A stretch of DNA of 63,790 bases, the filler included, from Octopus bimaculoides (lineage: Eukaryota): assembly GCF_001194135.2 (NCBI RefSeq). It is 7 parts of 6 records of this genome, joined end to end, with 100 filler letters (N's around TTAATTAATTAA, not from the genome) between each part and the next. Parts side by side here need not be neighbours in the genome. Positions count along the whole stretch, not along the records: positions 23,673 to 33,440 come from NC_069007.1; positions 33,541 to 48,788 come from NC_068982.1; 5 more parts are not named here. One strand, given 5' to 3'. This document shows, piece after piece, positions 27,727-40,022 of the stretch (the stretch's first letter is position 1; every line of letters starts with the position of its first letter). Under the pieces are notes generated by a model. It was not told the origin of the DNA, did not search any database, and saw only the letters and a list, made by a program, of their open reading frames with translations. The translations under genes and the position numbers were made by a program.

Positions 27727-28287
27727 TTCTGTTCAAGGAAGGTTCACTTTAACACAGCTGCTGTATAAACAGTCTATAATATCTGACATTGTGCAAGAGT
27801 TGTCATAGCTGTTGTTGTTGTCATAGCTGTTGTTGTTGTAACTACAATTGTTAACTTAAGAATTATTTGAGCATTTGGGGGCATCTTCTATTAACTTCTC
27901 CCTAAACTAAACATTTCCCCCCCCCTCCTTGTACATTCAGCTGTGGGTTTTTATTTTATGTTGTTTGTTTTTAGCCATTGAAATGTTCACTCTAAGTATG
28001 TTTGGTGACCAGTTTGGACATGAAAATGTAATGCGTTTGAATGAAATTAACAAAAAATAACAACAGAAATAAAAAGAAAAAGTTTGCTTTATACACAAAA
28101 TCTTTTTGGTGTTGTCTCTCTCTAAGTATTAATGGCAGGCTTGACTTTTTAATAAGTTCTCTAAAGAAAATTTAATTTTGTGATGCTGGACTAAATCATG
28201 TCTCTAACATCCTCTCATCTATAGGAGATATATTCACACATCACTGCACTATGAAATACCAATTTCATAAAATGAATAATCAATATA

Positions 28288-28517
28288 CAGGGTGTCCACA
28301 AAGTCTGGGTACATGGAGTAAATAAAATCATAACATAAACAATTAAATATAAGAAATAATAATGTCTTAAAGTATGTATTAANNNNNNNNNNGGGTGTCC
28401 ACAAAGTCTGGGTACATGGAGTAAATAAAATCATAACATAAACAATTAAATATAAGAAATAATAATGTCTTAAAGTATGTATTAATCCTCATGTAGCCAG
28501 ACTTTGTGGACACCCTG
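28288..28517. mobile_element. Tc1/mariner-type MITE
   Basis: About 30-bp TIRs (cagggtgtccacaaagtctgg.tacatg / catgtagccagactttgtggacaccctg) flanked by TA. The internal duplication across the 10-N gap is an assembly overlap, so true length is about 130 bp. Confidence 0.9.
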
Positions 28518-28796
28518 TAGAATGCCTGTCTGAGGTTAATGCCTATGTTCCCAATCATAAATATAAGTTAGTCCTAGAGTGCACAATGTTCCTGAAGGTC
28601 GGCAATGGTCTTCCTCGGTCACGAGTGGACGGCCATCATCATGTATGTATGTATGTATGTATATATGTATGCATGTATCCGGCATATGTCAGGCTGAGTA
28701 AAAAGTAAGCAACGTTGTAAAACGTGAAATTCATCACAATATATTTCAACATTGAAATCTTCCTCCAGTAGAGGTAACAATTTTAACACGTTTGAA

Positions 28797-29580
28797 TGTA
28801 GAAAAGGCGTAGGTAGAAGCTCTATAAGTTGCACCCAGTGAAAGCTTTGGACACATAAAAGGTGCAGCAATATCAGAGGAAGGTTAACAGAGAAAGTAGC
28901 TTTTGTATGGAAGATGCACAGGTACAATAAACATTGAAAATGTGCAGAGAATAGACTCCGTCAACTGCCAGAGGGACAAGCTATAGGTAGTAGATAGTTT
29001 CTGCTGACCAAGTTAGTAGCAGCGGCAGATGCTCTGAGAGTGTAGCTGTGAGAATAAGGTTAGGCTGGGCAAAGTTCAGAGAGCTCCTACCTCTGCTGGC
29101 AACAAAGGGCCTCTCCCTCAGAGTGAAAGGCAGATTGTATGATGCCTGTGTGTGAACAGCCATGCTACATGGCAGTGAAACATGGGCTGTGACAGTCGAG
29201 GACATGCATAAGCTTGAGAGAAATGAAGTCAGTATGCTTCACTGGATGTGCAATGTCAGTGTGCATGTTTGTCAGAGTGTGAGCATCTTGAGAGAAAAGT
29301 TAGGCATAAGAGGCATTAGATGTGATGTGCAAGAGAGATGACTGCACTGGTATGGTCATGTGTTGCGTATGGATGAGGACAGCTGTGTGAAGAAGTGCCA
29401 ATCTCTGTGGAGAGAACGTGTTGTAGAGGTAGACCTAGGAAGACATGAGATGAGTTGGGGAAACTCGATCTTTGAACCTCACAGAGGCAATAACTAGTGA
29501 CCAAGACCTTTGGTGATGTGCTGTGCTTGAGAGGACCCGTCAAGCCAAGTGCATCCATGCTGGTGGCACATAAAGAACAT
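28797..29580 (+). mobile_element. RTE-clade LINE, 3' part of ORF2 and 3' UTR (pseudogenised)
   Basis: CRKGVGRSSISCTQ*KLWTHKRCSNIRGRLTEKVAF; RIRLGWAKFRELLPLLATKGLSLRVKGRLYDACV*TAMLHGSETWAVT; LHWYGHVLRMDEDSCVKKC; GRPRKTW-like end. Several stops are CGA>TGA type. Confidence 0.9.
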
Positions 29581-29590
29581 CTTTTGAACA

Positions 29591-29738
29591 TTGGGCCTCA
29601 CAGAGGCAAAGTCGCTGAGTTCCTCTTGAGCTTTGGGCCTCATGGAGGTGAGGTGACTGAGTTCCTTTCAAGCGTTGGCCTCATGGAGGCAAAGTGGCCG
29701 AGTTCCTTTGGAGCGTTGGGCCTCACGGAAGCAATGAC
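29591..29738 (+). repeat. About 42-bp imperfect tandem repeat, 3.5 copies
   Basis: Unit ttgggcctca..gagg....gt..ctgagttcct starts at 29591, 29633, 29675 and 29716. Confidence 0.85.
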
Positions 29739-30181
29739 CAAGGCCATTGGTATTATATGAATAGAAGGAAGTAGCCAAGCTGTTTATTTTAGACTCTTTG
29801 GAACTATCCATCAGAGGTGGTGTTGTTGTTATTGTTGTTGCTGTTGCCTTTGTCCTTGTGGCTGCTTTTATAGCCACGGTAACACTGTTATTGGTAGTGT
29901 TGCTTTTGTCTCTGGTTAGGTTACCTTCTGTAGACACAGAGAAAAGGAGCTGGCATTGGCAGATTGTAGTTATCATTGTCATTGTTGTTAGTGTGTGTTG
30001 TTGCTTTTGTTGTTATTGTCTTTGTCTGAGCTCCCCTCAGAAGCTTCCTGCTGCTTCTATATGTATAGAGATAAGTTGTTGGGGATTGGCAAAGTTAAGG
30101 CTACAGGCTTTAACTTTGGGGTAAGAAGAAAGACAGGTTAGCTCACATACAGTTAGATATCATTAGTCTATAAGTAGATTT

Positions 30182-30503
30182 GTGGAGGTGCAATGGCCCG
30201 GTGGTTAGGGCAGCGGACTCGCGGTCATAAGCTCCACGAGGCTCCGGCAGGGGATTGTGGCGAACCCTGCTGTACTCTTTCATCACAACTTTCTCTCACC
30301 CTTACTTCCTGTTTCTGTTGTGCCTGTAATTCAAAGGGCCAGCCTTGTCTCACACTGTGTCACGCTGAATATCCCCGAGAACTACGTTAAAGGTACACGT
30401 GTCTGTGGAGTGCTCAGCCACTTGCACGTTAATTTCACGAGCAGGCTGCTCCGTTGATCGGATCAACTGGAACCCTCGACGTCGTAAGCGACGGCGTGCC
30501 AAC
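30182..30503 (+). mobile_element. SINE family B with 12-bp TSD and an internal deletion
   Basis: Perfect TSD ataagtagattt at 30170-81 and 30504-15. About 60 bp including the B box are missing. Confidence 0.92.
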
Positions 30504-30949
30504 ATAAGTAGATTTAATAGATGTAAGCAGGGAACCAACAAACGAGTGCTTGCTTCCATGTGGTCAGCAAAGGTCAAGATGTATGATTAGAGCATTAATA
30601 GTCACTGCTACTATGGATGGTGAGAGTGATGGAAGATTTTGAGGAGAACTGATTTACTTTGTTGTTTCAATTATCATTGACTTTATATTTTCCAGTGTTA
30701 AATGAAGTTATAATTAGCTTCACAGTTTTAGTAGCAGAGCAGTTTGTTAATATGTCAATTGCTTGTCTTTTGCGTTTGGTATTGATTCTGGGTATTGTGT
30801 TCTGGAGGTGCTTCAATTTTGTGTGAAAGTTGTAGATATTCAATTTGTTTTTCTAAATTTATATGAAAGAGGAATGTTTGCATGTTCAGACATCCAAAAG
30901 AAATTAAGAAATTATGTAGTCAGAAGGACTCATTTATTTTGAAGCTGCT

Positions 30950-31176
30950 TTCATTGCCAGTACCGCCTGACTGGCCTTCGTGCCGGTGGCACATAAAAGC
31001 ACCCACTACACTCTCGGAGTGGTTGGCGTTAGGAAGGTTGTCCTGCTGTAGAAACTCTGCCAAATCAGATTGGAGCCGGATGTAGCCATCTGGTTTCACC
31101 AGTCCTCAATCAAATCGTCTAACCCATGCTAGCATGGAAAGCGGACATTTAAACGACGACGATGATGATGATGATG
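30950..31176 (+). mobile_element. Short element 'G' with RTE-like 3' tail and (GAT)n end
   Basis: Shares ggtggcacataaa with the RTE 3' UTR at about 29560; ends aacccatgctagcatggaaagcggacatttaaacgacgacgatgatgat. A decayed copy lies at about 25940-26140. Confidence 0.7.
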
Positions 31177-31399
31177 GTTGGTGTTTAAAAGTGTTCTTGT
31201 AGGAGAAGAGATGTGTGCATATTTGAATAATCAAAGAAAACGCTCAAATACTCGCAGAAAATTGCAAGTATTTTTGAAGTTTTTAAATTGAAAATATTCA
31301 GGTTTTTAAAGTTATTTTGAAACGGATTTCACATGTACAGATGGATTGTAATTGTATTTCTGTGTCTTCAGCTGCTGGCTGGTCAGAGCTGTGAAGAAC

Positions 31400-32300
31400 A
31401 CATCCAGTCATTAGTGCATCGACAAATATACAGCTATGCCTGCATCTGTATGAATATTATAAAGTCTTACTATAAAACTAAGTGAGTGTATATTATATCA
31501 AGAAAAAGCTACTTCATCTTAAACTCTGTTTGGCTCTAATCTGTCTTTTCAACTCTAGTCTCTTGCTTTCTGTGCAACTCAGAACTTTCTTTATATTTCG
31601 TCTTCTGGTCTTCTTTCCAATAATCTTTTAGTCTCCTTAGTCTATTAGTTTTTCATAAACCATGAAATATATGGTTTCTCTTAATGGGAGTGAAGGTATG
31701 AGGTCTAGGAAGACAAACTTATAAATATCAGATAGACTTATGGTGACATAAGTCTCTGAGTTCACAAACACATCGCTTTAGTGATGATAACATCACCATG
31801 TGTCCTATTTTATTTCAAGAATTACATAATGTAGGGTTCATTTTCCTCAGATGCCTGTGTGCATTATCCTTCTGAATGTAAATGTAGCTTTAAACAGTCT
31901 TACATATAAGACTACCATAGTTACTTGTCTTCTTGGTGACCTTTCTACTTGGTGACCTTTCTACTGACACATCTCTCCTAAGTGAGGTGAGATTACCTGT
32001 AGGTTTTTTTTCTGGATAGGTAAAATTTTATCAGAATAAGTGACAACAAGAAGCATTGAATTCCTCTCTTAAGCCAGACTATTTTCTGATACCTTTTTCC
32101 ATTCAGATTTATATGAATTCATATGCGACATTGACCAATGCCTATGCATGTATGATGGCTGTCTCTAAGTTTTTTCCTTTAGCACCTGGGTCTATATGAC
32201 TAATCTGTGTAGTCCCACCTGCTCTCATGATTGTCTTGTGATAGAGTGATAAGCAAAAGATTAGCTTTGAGACTATTGCTAAAATGAAAACTTCCATATC
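31400..32300 (-). mobile_element. Possible very old LINE (RTE-like endonuclease/linker) remnant
   Basis: Only patchy residue similarity by eye, no intact motif; needs a tblastn/HMM check. Confidence 0.25.
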
Positions 32301-33409
32301 GTGTATAGCTCAAGACTATGGGCTGTTTGCTGTATATGGACTGATCATGTGTCATGGATACAGATCAAAGATGATGCTAAAAGTTTATGGGACATTTTCA
32401 GAGATGACTTGATTGTGTGCTCTTTGGAGATGCTATGCTTTACTCAACACAAGAAATAAGATCAGTTCAGTGATAATGACCTCATCAAGAGCTCTTGACT
32501 AATTAGCTAATTAGTGCTCATAAATACTGGAGCTTAAACAAGAACATTTTCGTTCATATAAAGCACTTCAAGAGTGCAAAAAGTGCTACATATAAAACAG
32601 AAGTACAAAATGCTGGATTGCAAAATATAAGGGTTTTCTCTTCTCTGTGTATTTGGTACTGATCAAATCAAAACTTATCTTGTGGGTAATCAGTGGTGCT
32701 TTAGAGCAAACCAGAAAACTATACACATGATTTCTAGTCTGTGTCAGACGGAGAGGAAAGTCAAAGAACAAAGGAAGGTAGGTGTTCGATCACATCAAAA
32801 TCATTGTCACTGGAGATGCCAGGTGAAATAATTGGAATAATGGATGCCTGTCCACTCTAAATGCAAGGTGTGAAACATCTTTCTTATCTTCATTCTTTTC
32901 TGTGTGTTCTTTTTATATTACACAAAACAGTGGGGGAAGATAACTAGCTTAATGGGGTTTTTTTAAGTAGAGGTAGAGTAGCAATAAAAATATATTGATT
33001 GTCGAAGTAAATTTCCTGTTGTAGCACTTATATTAGCAAACATTCAATTTAGTGTAAATAGCTTTGTTTCCGTAACAACAATGACTACAAAAGAAGAAAA
33101 AAAAAAACAACAAAAAATACAACCCTAATTTACACTGTCTCATTCACATTTACTCTCTTTTCTCTCTTTCACACACACACACACACACACGCACGCATGC
33201 ATGCAAACACAGACACACACATACATAGATACACAGTAAATACAAATTTTTAAATTTAGAAAATAGCAAAAATAAAAAATGAAAATAATACATAAAAAAA
33301 AAACTATAGAAAATTCAAGAAAAAAAATAGTGAAATATTATTCTTAACAAAAACAATGTTTTTGAAAGAACAGAGCTAAATTGCAAACATAGAAAATGCA
33401 AAAATCTAA

Positions 33410-33440
<31 letters not shown>

Positions 33441-34170
33441 NNNNNNNNNNNNNNNNNNNNNNNNNNNNNNNNNNNNNNNNNNNNTTAATTAATTAANNNN
33501 NNNNNNNNNNNNNNNNNNNNNNNNNNNNNNNNNNNNNNNNCTTTACTCTCTTTCTCTTTCTCTCCGATTTTGTTTCTGTACACACACGCATAAATATAAT
33601 GCATACACACTATATATACATACATACATATACACGCGCTCGCGCTCACACACACACACTCACTCAGACATATGTATACGTATGATGTATGTATGTATGT
33701 TTGTATACATACATGCATATAAATGTACATGCATAACTACTCACATACAAAACATACATATATGCATATATATATATATGCTTACAAAATATACACACAC
33801 ATAAATATGTACATACATATCTAGATACAAACATGCACACATAATTATACACACGCATACATACGCACATGTGCATAAAACACGCATATATGGTCACCAT
33901 ACGCACGGACTTACACACACGCGTGCGCATATACACACATATGGTTACATATGCACATACATATGTAAATTCATGTGTATGATATGGGTGATTATTTTGA
34001 AAAGTTGCAAATAAGCCCTAATTAAATATATAGACATAAACCTGAAGAAACTGTAAATACAGTAAATAGAAAGAAAACAGCAATTTTCTCTGTAACAGAA
34101 ACCTGTGAAGAGTGTAATAGAAGGCTGATGACGTGTCTTTCTATCTTCTCGCACGCGCACGCTCACGCAT

Positions 34171-34216
<46 letters not shown>

Positions 34217-34335
34217 TGAGGCGGCACGATTCTTAGCACGCCGAGCAAATTCCTTAGCAGATGTTTTCTACTTTAACCCCGGGCCAACCAAAGCCTTGTG
34301 AGTGGATTTGCTGGATGGAAACTGAACAAAATCTG

Positions 34336-34390
<55 letters not shown>

Positions 34391-35039
34391 AAATTTATAT
34401 ATATGTATAAGTATATAACCTTCGATATGATTAAAAAGAATACACCTTCATTATGGACTTCCGGTAACGCGTACGCACTGATATACGGTAACCTCTATTA
34501 TATTAAACTCGGCTGGAAGGAAGTGCTCATGACCAGTTTACAGTTTGTACGCATGCGCGCTACTTGGCAAACATTTGGTGCTCGAGTATCTCTACAATTT
34601 CATATGCTATTTGTATGCGATATAAGCCATTCAAAAATTTTCCTTGCTTGTTTCTTACACATCTAAAATCATTGAGAGTGTTTTCTTCCTGTTTCTTTAA
34701 TAATAATAATATTTTGTTTTAAGCCTGTTTCATTTCTGACAGCGTTTTGTGTCGAAACTTTTTCAGTAGTAGAATTCGCTCTTACTATTATAGTTTATGT
34801 TAAGGCGGCGAGCTACAGAATCGTTCACACTCCGGGAAAATACTTAGCGGCATTTCAGCTGTGAAAGTTCACCTTAGGACTCTGAGCTTAAGAAATGAGA
34901 TGACAAAGGACCGAGATCTCTGGTAATATGAGGTTCTCAAGAAGACTCGACCTCCTTAACAGTGTAGAATATTTAGATACTGTTAAAACACAATAATTCT
35001 CAATTCCAGAAAACAAACACATTCCTACAACTGGTAACC

Positions 35040-36115
35040 AAACGTGCAATCTTCCAGCTGCAGATGAAGTTGCAGTAATTATGCAAGATGCAAATCTGGA
35101 AACAGTACAACTGTAAAGACCCATGACACTGCGTAAAAGGTGTGTTCCTGGTGAGTCGCCCCTTCAAACAATCCAATGTATCCAAATTATGACCCACTGC
35201 AGTTCCCAGTGCTATTTCCATTCGCTGATAAGGGATGGAGAGTCAACTTTTGATGCTGGAGGTAAGAGTCAAAATATCACAGATGAAGTTTTAAAAATAT
35301 AGGCTCATGGTTTGGAGACATGATTTCCATTTTCTTCACTACTCTGATCGTTTGGCTCAAGAATATTATTGTGATATGTATTACAACGTTGAAGAAGCAA
35401 GGTTACAGTGGATTCAATGTAATGGAAAAGAAATCAGGTTAGAAACGACGTATCAAAATATTCATGATATTCATGATTACATGTATTCTTATAGCTCAAA
35501 TATTGACAAAAGAGTAATCATACTTCAAGCATTCACAGGAGGCCCATGATAGATGTAGAGACTATACGAAGACTCGACGGCAATTGTTCAAAAGTTAGGA
35601 AAACCAAATTTCTTCATCACTTTCACTTGTAATCCTTAATGGAAAAAAAATCACAAGAAACTTTATCCAGGAAATACACCGGCTGACAGACCAGACTGAC
35701 AGAGTATTTGATATGAAACTTAGGGATCACTTACATAACATTTTGGAGAAGACAATTTTGGGAGAGATTGCATGGAACATGTGGACTATAGACATTCAAA
35801 AGAGTAGGCTATTCCATAGTCATATGTTGTTCCTACTAGAAAAAGAATATAAGTTAGATCCAGAACACTATGATAAATTTGTTTATGCATAACTTCCAAA
35901 TTCACAAACACAACCGATTCTATTTTAACATTTCACCAAAAGCATGCTACCTGGTCCATGTGGGTGAGATAGACCCAATACAACATGTATCGGTGATGGG
36001 AAATGTAAAAAAAACATTTCCCTAAAGACTTTTAAGAAAATACACTATGCAGTTATAACGGCTATCCATTTACCGATATCGAAATAATGGTTCTACATTT
36101 ACAAAGACAAATGTC
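35040..36115 (+). mobile_element. Helitron Rep (HUH endonuclease) domain remnant
   Basis: NLPAADEVAVIM; PNYDPLQFPVLFPFADKGW; RLAQEYYCDMYYNVEEARL; AIVQKLGKPNFFITFTCNP*W; TIDIQKSRLFHSH (cf. EFQKRGLPHAH); PGPCG; GYP..R. Many stops and frameshifts; no helicase domain seen. Confidence 0.92.
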
Positions 36116-36284
36116 AAATCACGAGAGTGGGCTCAAAAGTTCATAGGCTGTTAAAGCTGTGAAATCTTGCATACATTAATTTCAACTACTTTTTGTTAAG
36201 AACTGCATTTTCCCCCTGGTAAACTGACATCTAGCTATTCAAAGAAGACTTCAAAAGTAACTAGTAGCAAATTCTCTTGAAAAC

Positions 36285-36515
36285 GAAAAAAATTGCCATC
36301 GTGGTGTTATCAAGTACCTGCAAGAAAAGGACTTAGCCCTCAAGGACATTCACGCTGACAGGGTTGTTATATTAGGGAATGTCGCTCTAGCTTTATCAAC
36401 AGTGCAGAAGTGAGCAGCTAAATTTAGGACAAGGGAGAGTGTTGAAGATGACGCAAGGTCTGGACGTCCTGCAACTGCCACCACAGAGGATGATCGTGCT
36501 CACCTCACGGTGATG
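36285..36515 (+). mobile_element. Mariner transposase N-terminal HTH remnant
   Basis: HRGVIKYLQEKDLALKDIHAD..LSTVQK*AAKFRTRESVEDDARSGRPATATTE, containing the mariner-type 'EDD.RSGRP' motif. Confidence 0.85.
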
Positions 36516-36730
36516 GCTGGGAACCACTGTCGCAGTGTTGTTGGCGTCATATCTGCTGTTGAAGATTCTTATCTGCAACAGGATAAAGCTTCTCCAATGA
36601 GATCCAAGCACTGCAACATCAATGGAAGAAGTGTGTGGTCAGGTCACATTCCACATGAGTACCTTGGTCAGCCAGTGAACTTTTCAGCCAACCATTATAT
36701 ATACATATATATATTGCAGTAATGTATTTA

Positions 36731-36915
36731 CATGGAGTTAAATATACGCCCCGTCATAGAGTGACCAATAGTTTCGTATCCATAAAGCGTTTAGATTTAT
36801 AGACGAATCGTCTATGTGCCCGCGGCTACTGGAGTCTGACGAATAGTCTATAAAGCTAAGCGCTTTATGGATGCGAAGTCATTAGTCCCTCTATGACCGG
36901 ACATACATCTAACTC

Positions 36916-36919
<4 letters not shown>
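36731..36919. mobile_element. 189-bp fold-back MITE with TA target duplication
   Basis: The first ~82 bp are an imperfect reverse complement of the last ~82 bp (catggagtta..catagag..atccataaagcg..tttatagac). TA at 36729-30 and 36920-21. Confidence 0.9.
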
Positions 36920-36950
<31 letters not shown>

Positions 36951-37123
36951 CTGTTTGAGCGTTTGCATATACATGNNNNNNNNNNCTCGGAGATTTTAAA
37001 GTAGTAAAAAGGACTTTAGTGACTATTTCTTACGGTGCGTGGTGAGGCATAAAGCCGACCCCTTGTTATAATTATATATATAATTATAATATATATATAT
37101 ATCTGTTTGAGCGTTTGCATATG

Positions 37124-37160
<37 letters not shown>

Positions 37161-37589
37161 CTGTTTGAGCGTTTGCATATACATGTGTGTGTATATGTGT
37201 ATGTGTGTGTGTGCGTGTGAGGGGGTGTGTTTGTATGTGTGTGCTTGCGCGTGAGTCTGTATGTATAAGGTTTTATGTCTTTCGAACTGGATGTGTATTT
37301 ATATCTTTTAAATAGGCTTAACTGATTTATGACCTAGCTGACAACTTGCTATCTCTCAGTTCGGCTTCATTCTCCTTTTATTCTTGTGTTTTTCTTTATG
37401 ATTTTCTTTTTGTTCTTTCTTTTTCTCTCCTTTCTACGTCACCAATGTTTACTCAAAGGAAAGTCCACTGACATAGGTTGACACGGCTTAGTACTAGTGA
37501 CATCACAGACGTAGCTCTCAAAATGTATGGTTCTGAATCAGATTCCACAAGGCATCTAACCATGACTCTCTAACAACTCCGCTTGTTTA

Positions 37590-37670
37590 CTGCTCGTGAT
37601 TGGCATGTCTTAATCGACCCCGAAAGGGTGAAAAGCAAAGTTGACCTTGACATGGTTTGAACTCACAGAG
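37590..37670 (-). mobile_element. SINE family C fragment
   Basis: atcgaccccgaaagggtgaaaagcaaagttgacctt..tttgaactca. Confidence 0.7.
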
Positions 37671-37756
37671 TTGCCTCGAAGCATTCAATCCAACACTGAA
37701 AAGGACTCCATCAAATCGTCATTGTATGCACGTATATTCACACTTATATACACAAA

Positions 37757-37863
<107 letters not shown>

Positions 37864-38214
37864 GCACGCACGCACACACATTCAGCTGTTCATAGATGAG
37901 TGCATATTGGAACATTGTATAAAATGTCGTGTAATTGTAACGGGAATAATTTTGGACAATTACACATTACGCACATATATTTGTGTGTTTATTTGATTGT
38001 ATAAATGTGTGGATTATTGTATAAGTACGTATGAATAAACAGCAAAACAAACGGTTGTATCGCTTCTGTATGAAAAGACGAAACGATGTTTAGATTCTGC
38101 AATACTTTTTTGTACGAAATAAAAACACGTGAAGATATAAAAATCAGGCAAACAGAAATTCGAAGTAACACCGTACGATAAAACCTCCTATGAAAATGCT
38201 GAGATAAAGATACA

Positions 38215-38294
<80 letters not shown>

Positions 38295-38313
38295 TAATAA
38301 TAATGATAATAAC
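38215..38313 (+). repeat. (AAT)n microsatellite
   Basis: Directly visible. Confidence 0.98.
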
Positions 38314-39654
38314 AATAGTGCTTTCTTTAATAATAAAGCGATGAAAAGACCTAGCGCTTATTTTCCATTTCATTTTGTTGAAATGCCATCCATACAGGCT
38401 ATTTTCTCTGAAGGAAAATAGAGAGAGGCATAGTGTTGTTATGAATACAGGAGATATTTTTGTCCTGGTAAAGTGGACATTTTGGTAAAACGGATGGATA
38501 ATAGCTCCGGGCTTTTACATGAATCTTTCAATGTTATATTAAAAAAAAAGAAAACAAACAAAAAAAGCAAAAAAAAAAACAAGCTGAATAAACCGACCAT
38601 TATTTAAAAATGAATCGATATTCTTATGAGCAGCCAAACGTGAAGTTTTCCTATAAACTAATATACTTAAATGGAGATAGACATGCAGGTGTTCTTAATG
38701 CATTAATATCGGTAGTAGTGGTGGTGGGATCTGAGGGAGTCGGTAGAGCATCAAACTAAACGACTTGTAATATTTAATCAAATACCTTTTGAGTTCTAGG
38801 TTCATGGACTAAAAAGATAAACTTTATTCAATCGACCATTTACTTACCTCCAATAAATTGGGTTTGTGGGTTTTGGCCGAAGTAAAGAAGAAACTTTTAC
38901 AAACATGTGTTGCCATGGCTTTGTTCGTAATCACGTAGTTTCAGTCTCATTGTACAGTACCTTTCGCAAGTGTCGTCTACTATAGTCCCGGTGAGACCAA
39001 TGCTTTGTCAGTGAAACTGTTGGAAGATTCTCGTGGCTGCGTTGTAAGAAGTTTGCGTTCTAACCTCTGCTTTGATAAAATCGCATAAATTTTTATTTTA
39101 CTTAAATAACAAGTGTTGAAACAAACGGAAAAGAAAAAGACGCCTAACCACCAACTCCATGTGGCTTAATTGTCTACCTGTCCTCGTTTATCACTGTTTC
39201 GTGTAACACAGTGCATCCAATTAGGAACCATGTTATGCTTATCACGAATTGATCTGTGATAACACGGGGCAGCGATAAAAAAATGGAAAAAAAACATGGG
39301 TTTCAGAAGGAAGCCTATTTTCTACCACATGTTTCATTATTTGTCACAGGTTCATTTAACTTGGTGAGCTTTTTCAATAAAACACTCGTAATAGTAGAGG
39401 ACAGATGTATAACGGAATGTTTATATTTCAACATGGTTTCTGGATTTGTTAAGACAGCATTTAGCAAACATGCAACTGAGGCAATTGATTCAAAGACGAA
39501 TAATGTGCTATTAATTGTACTCAAAATTAAGGTGGCAATCTGGAAGAATCGTTAACACGGTGGGCAAAATGCTTTGCGGCATTTTGTCTCTCTTTGCGTT
39601 CAGATTTCAAATTTCGCTGAGATCGACTTTACCTTTCATCTATATATGTGTGCA

Positions 39655-39855
39655 TGTATTTGTCCCCCCGCCCACTGGTTGACAACCGGTGTTGGTTTGG
39701 TTATGCCTCGTAACATTGCAGTTCAACAAAAGACACCGATAGAATAAGTACGAGCCTTTAAAAAAAATTCGAATACTGAGATCGATTTGTTTGACTAAAC
39801 CGTTCATGGCGGTGCTCCAGCATGACTGCAGTCAAATGACTGAGGGAACGAAAAT
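39655..39855 (+). mobile_element. SINE segment family E, preceded by a family C head at about 39535-39630
   Basis: tgtcccc..ttgacaaccggtgttgg..ccgatagaataagtac..ggcggtgctccagcatgactgcagtcaaatgactga. Confidence 0.8.
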
Positions 39856-39966
39856 AATGCAATTTTACACCGACAAGCACACACATACACACACATATGC
39901 ATGAAATATTACGCAAGAATATTTTCGCATGTACGTAAAATAGACACGCACACACATATGCGTGCG

Positions 39967-40022
<56 letters not shown>

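Noticed and set aside
28291-28483. About 90-bp direct repeat in the MITE, and the 33-bp repeat at 17735-17810
   Set aside because: Each is an exact duplicate on either side of a 10-N gap, i.e. an unmerged contig overlap.
29591-29738. About 42-bp periodic repeat, CRISPR-like spacing (also 7778-7950)
   Set aside because: Whole units are similar with no unique spacers, there are no cas genes, and the context is eukaryotic; these are ordinary tandem repeats.
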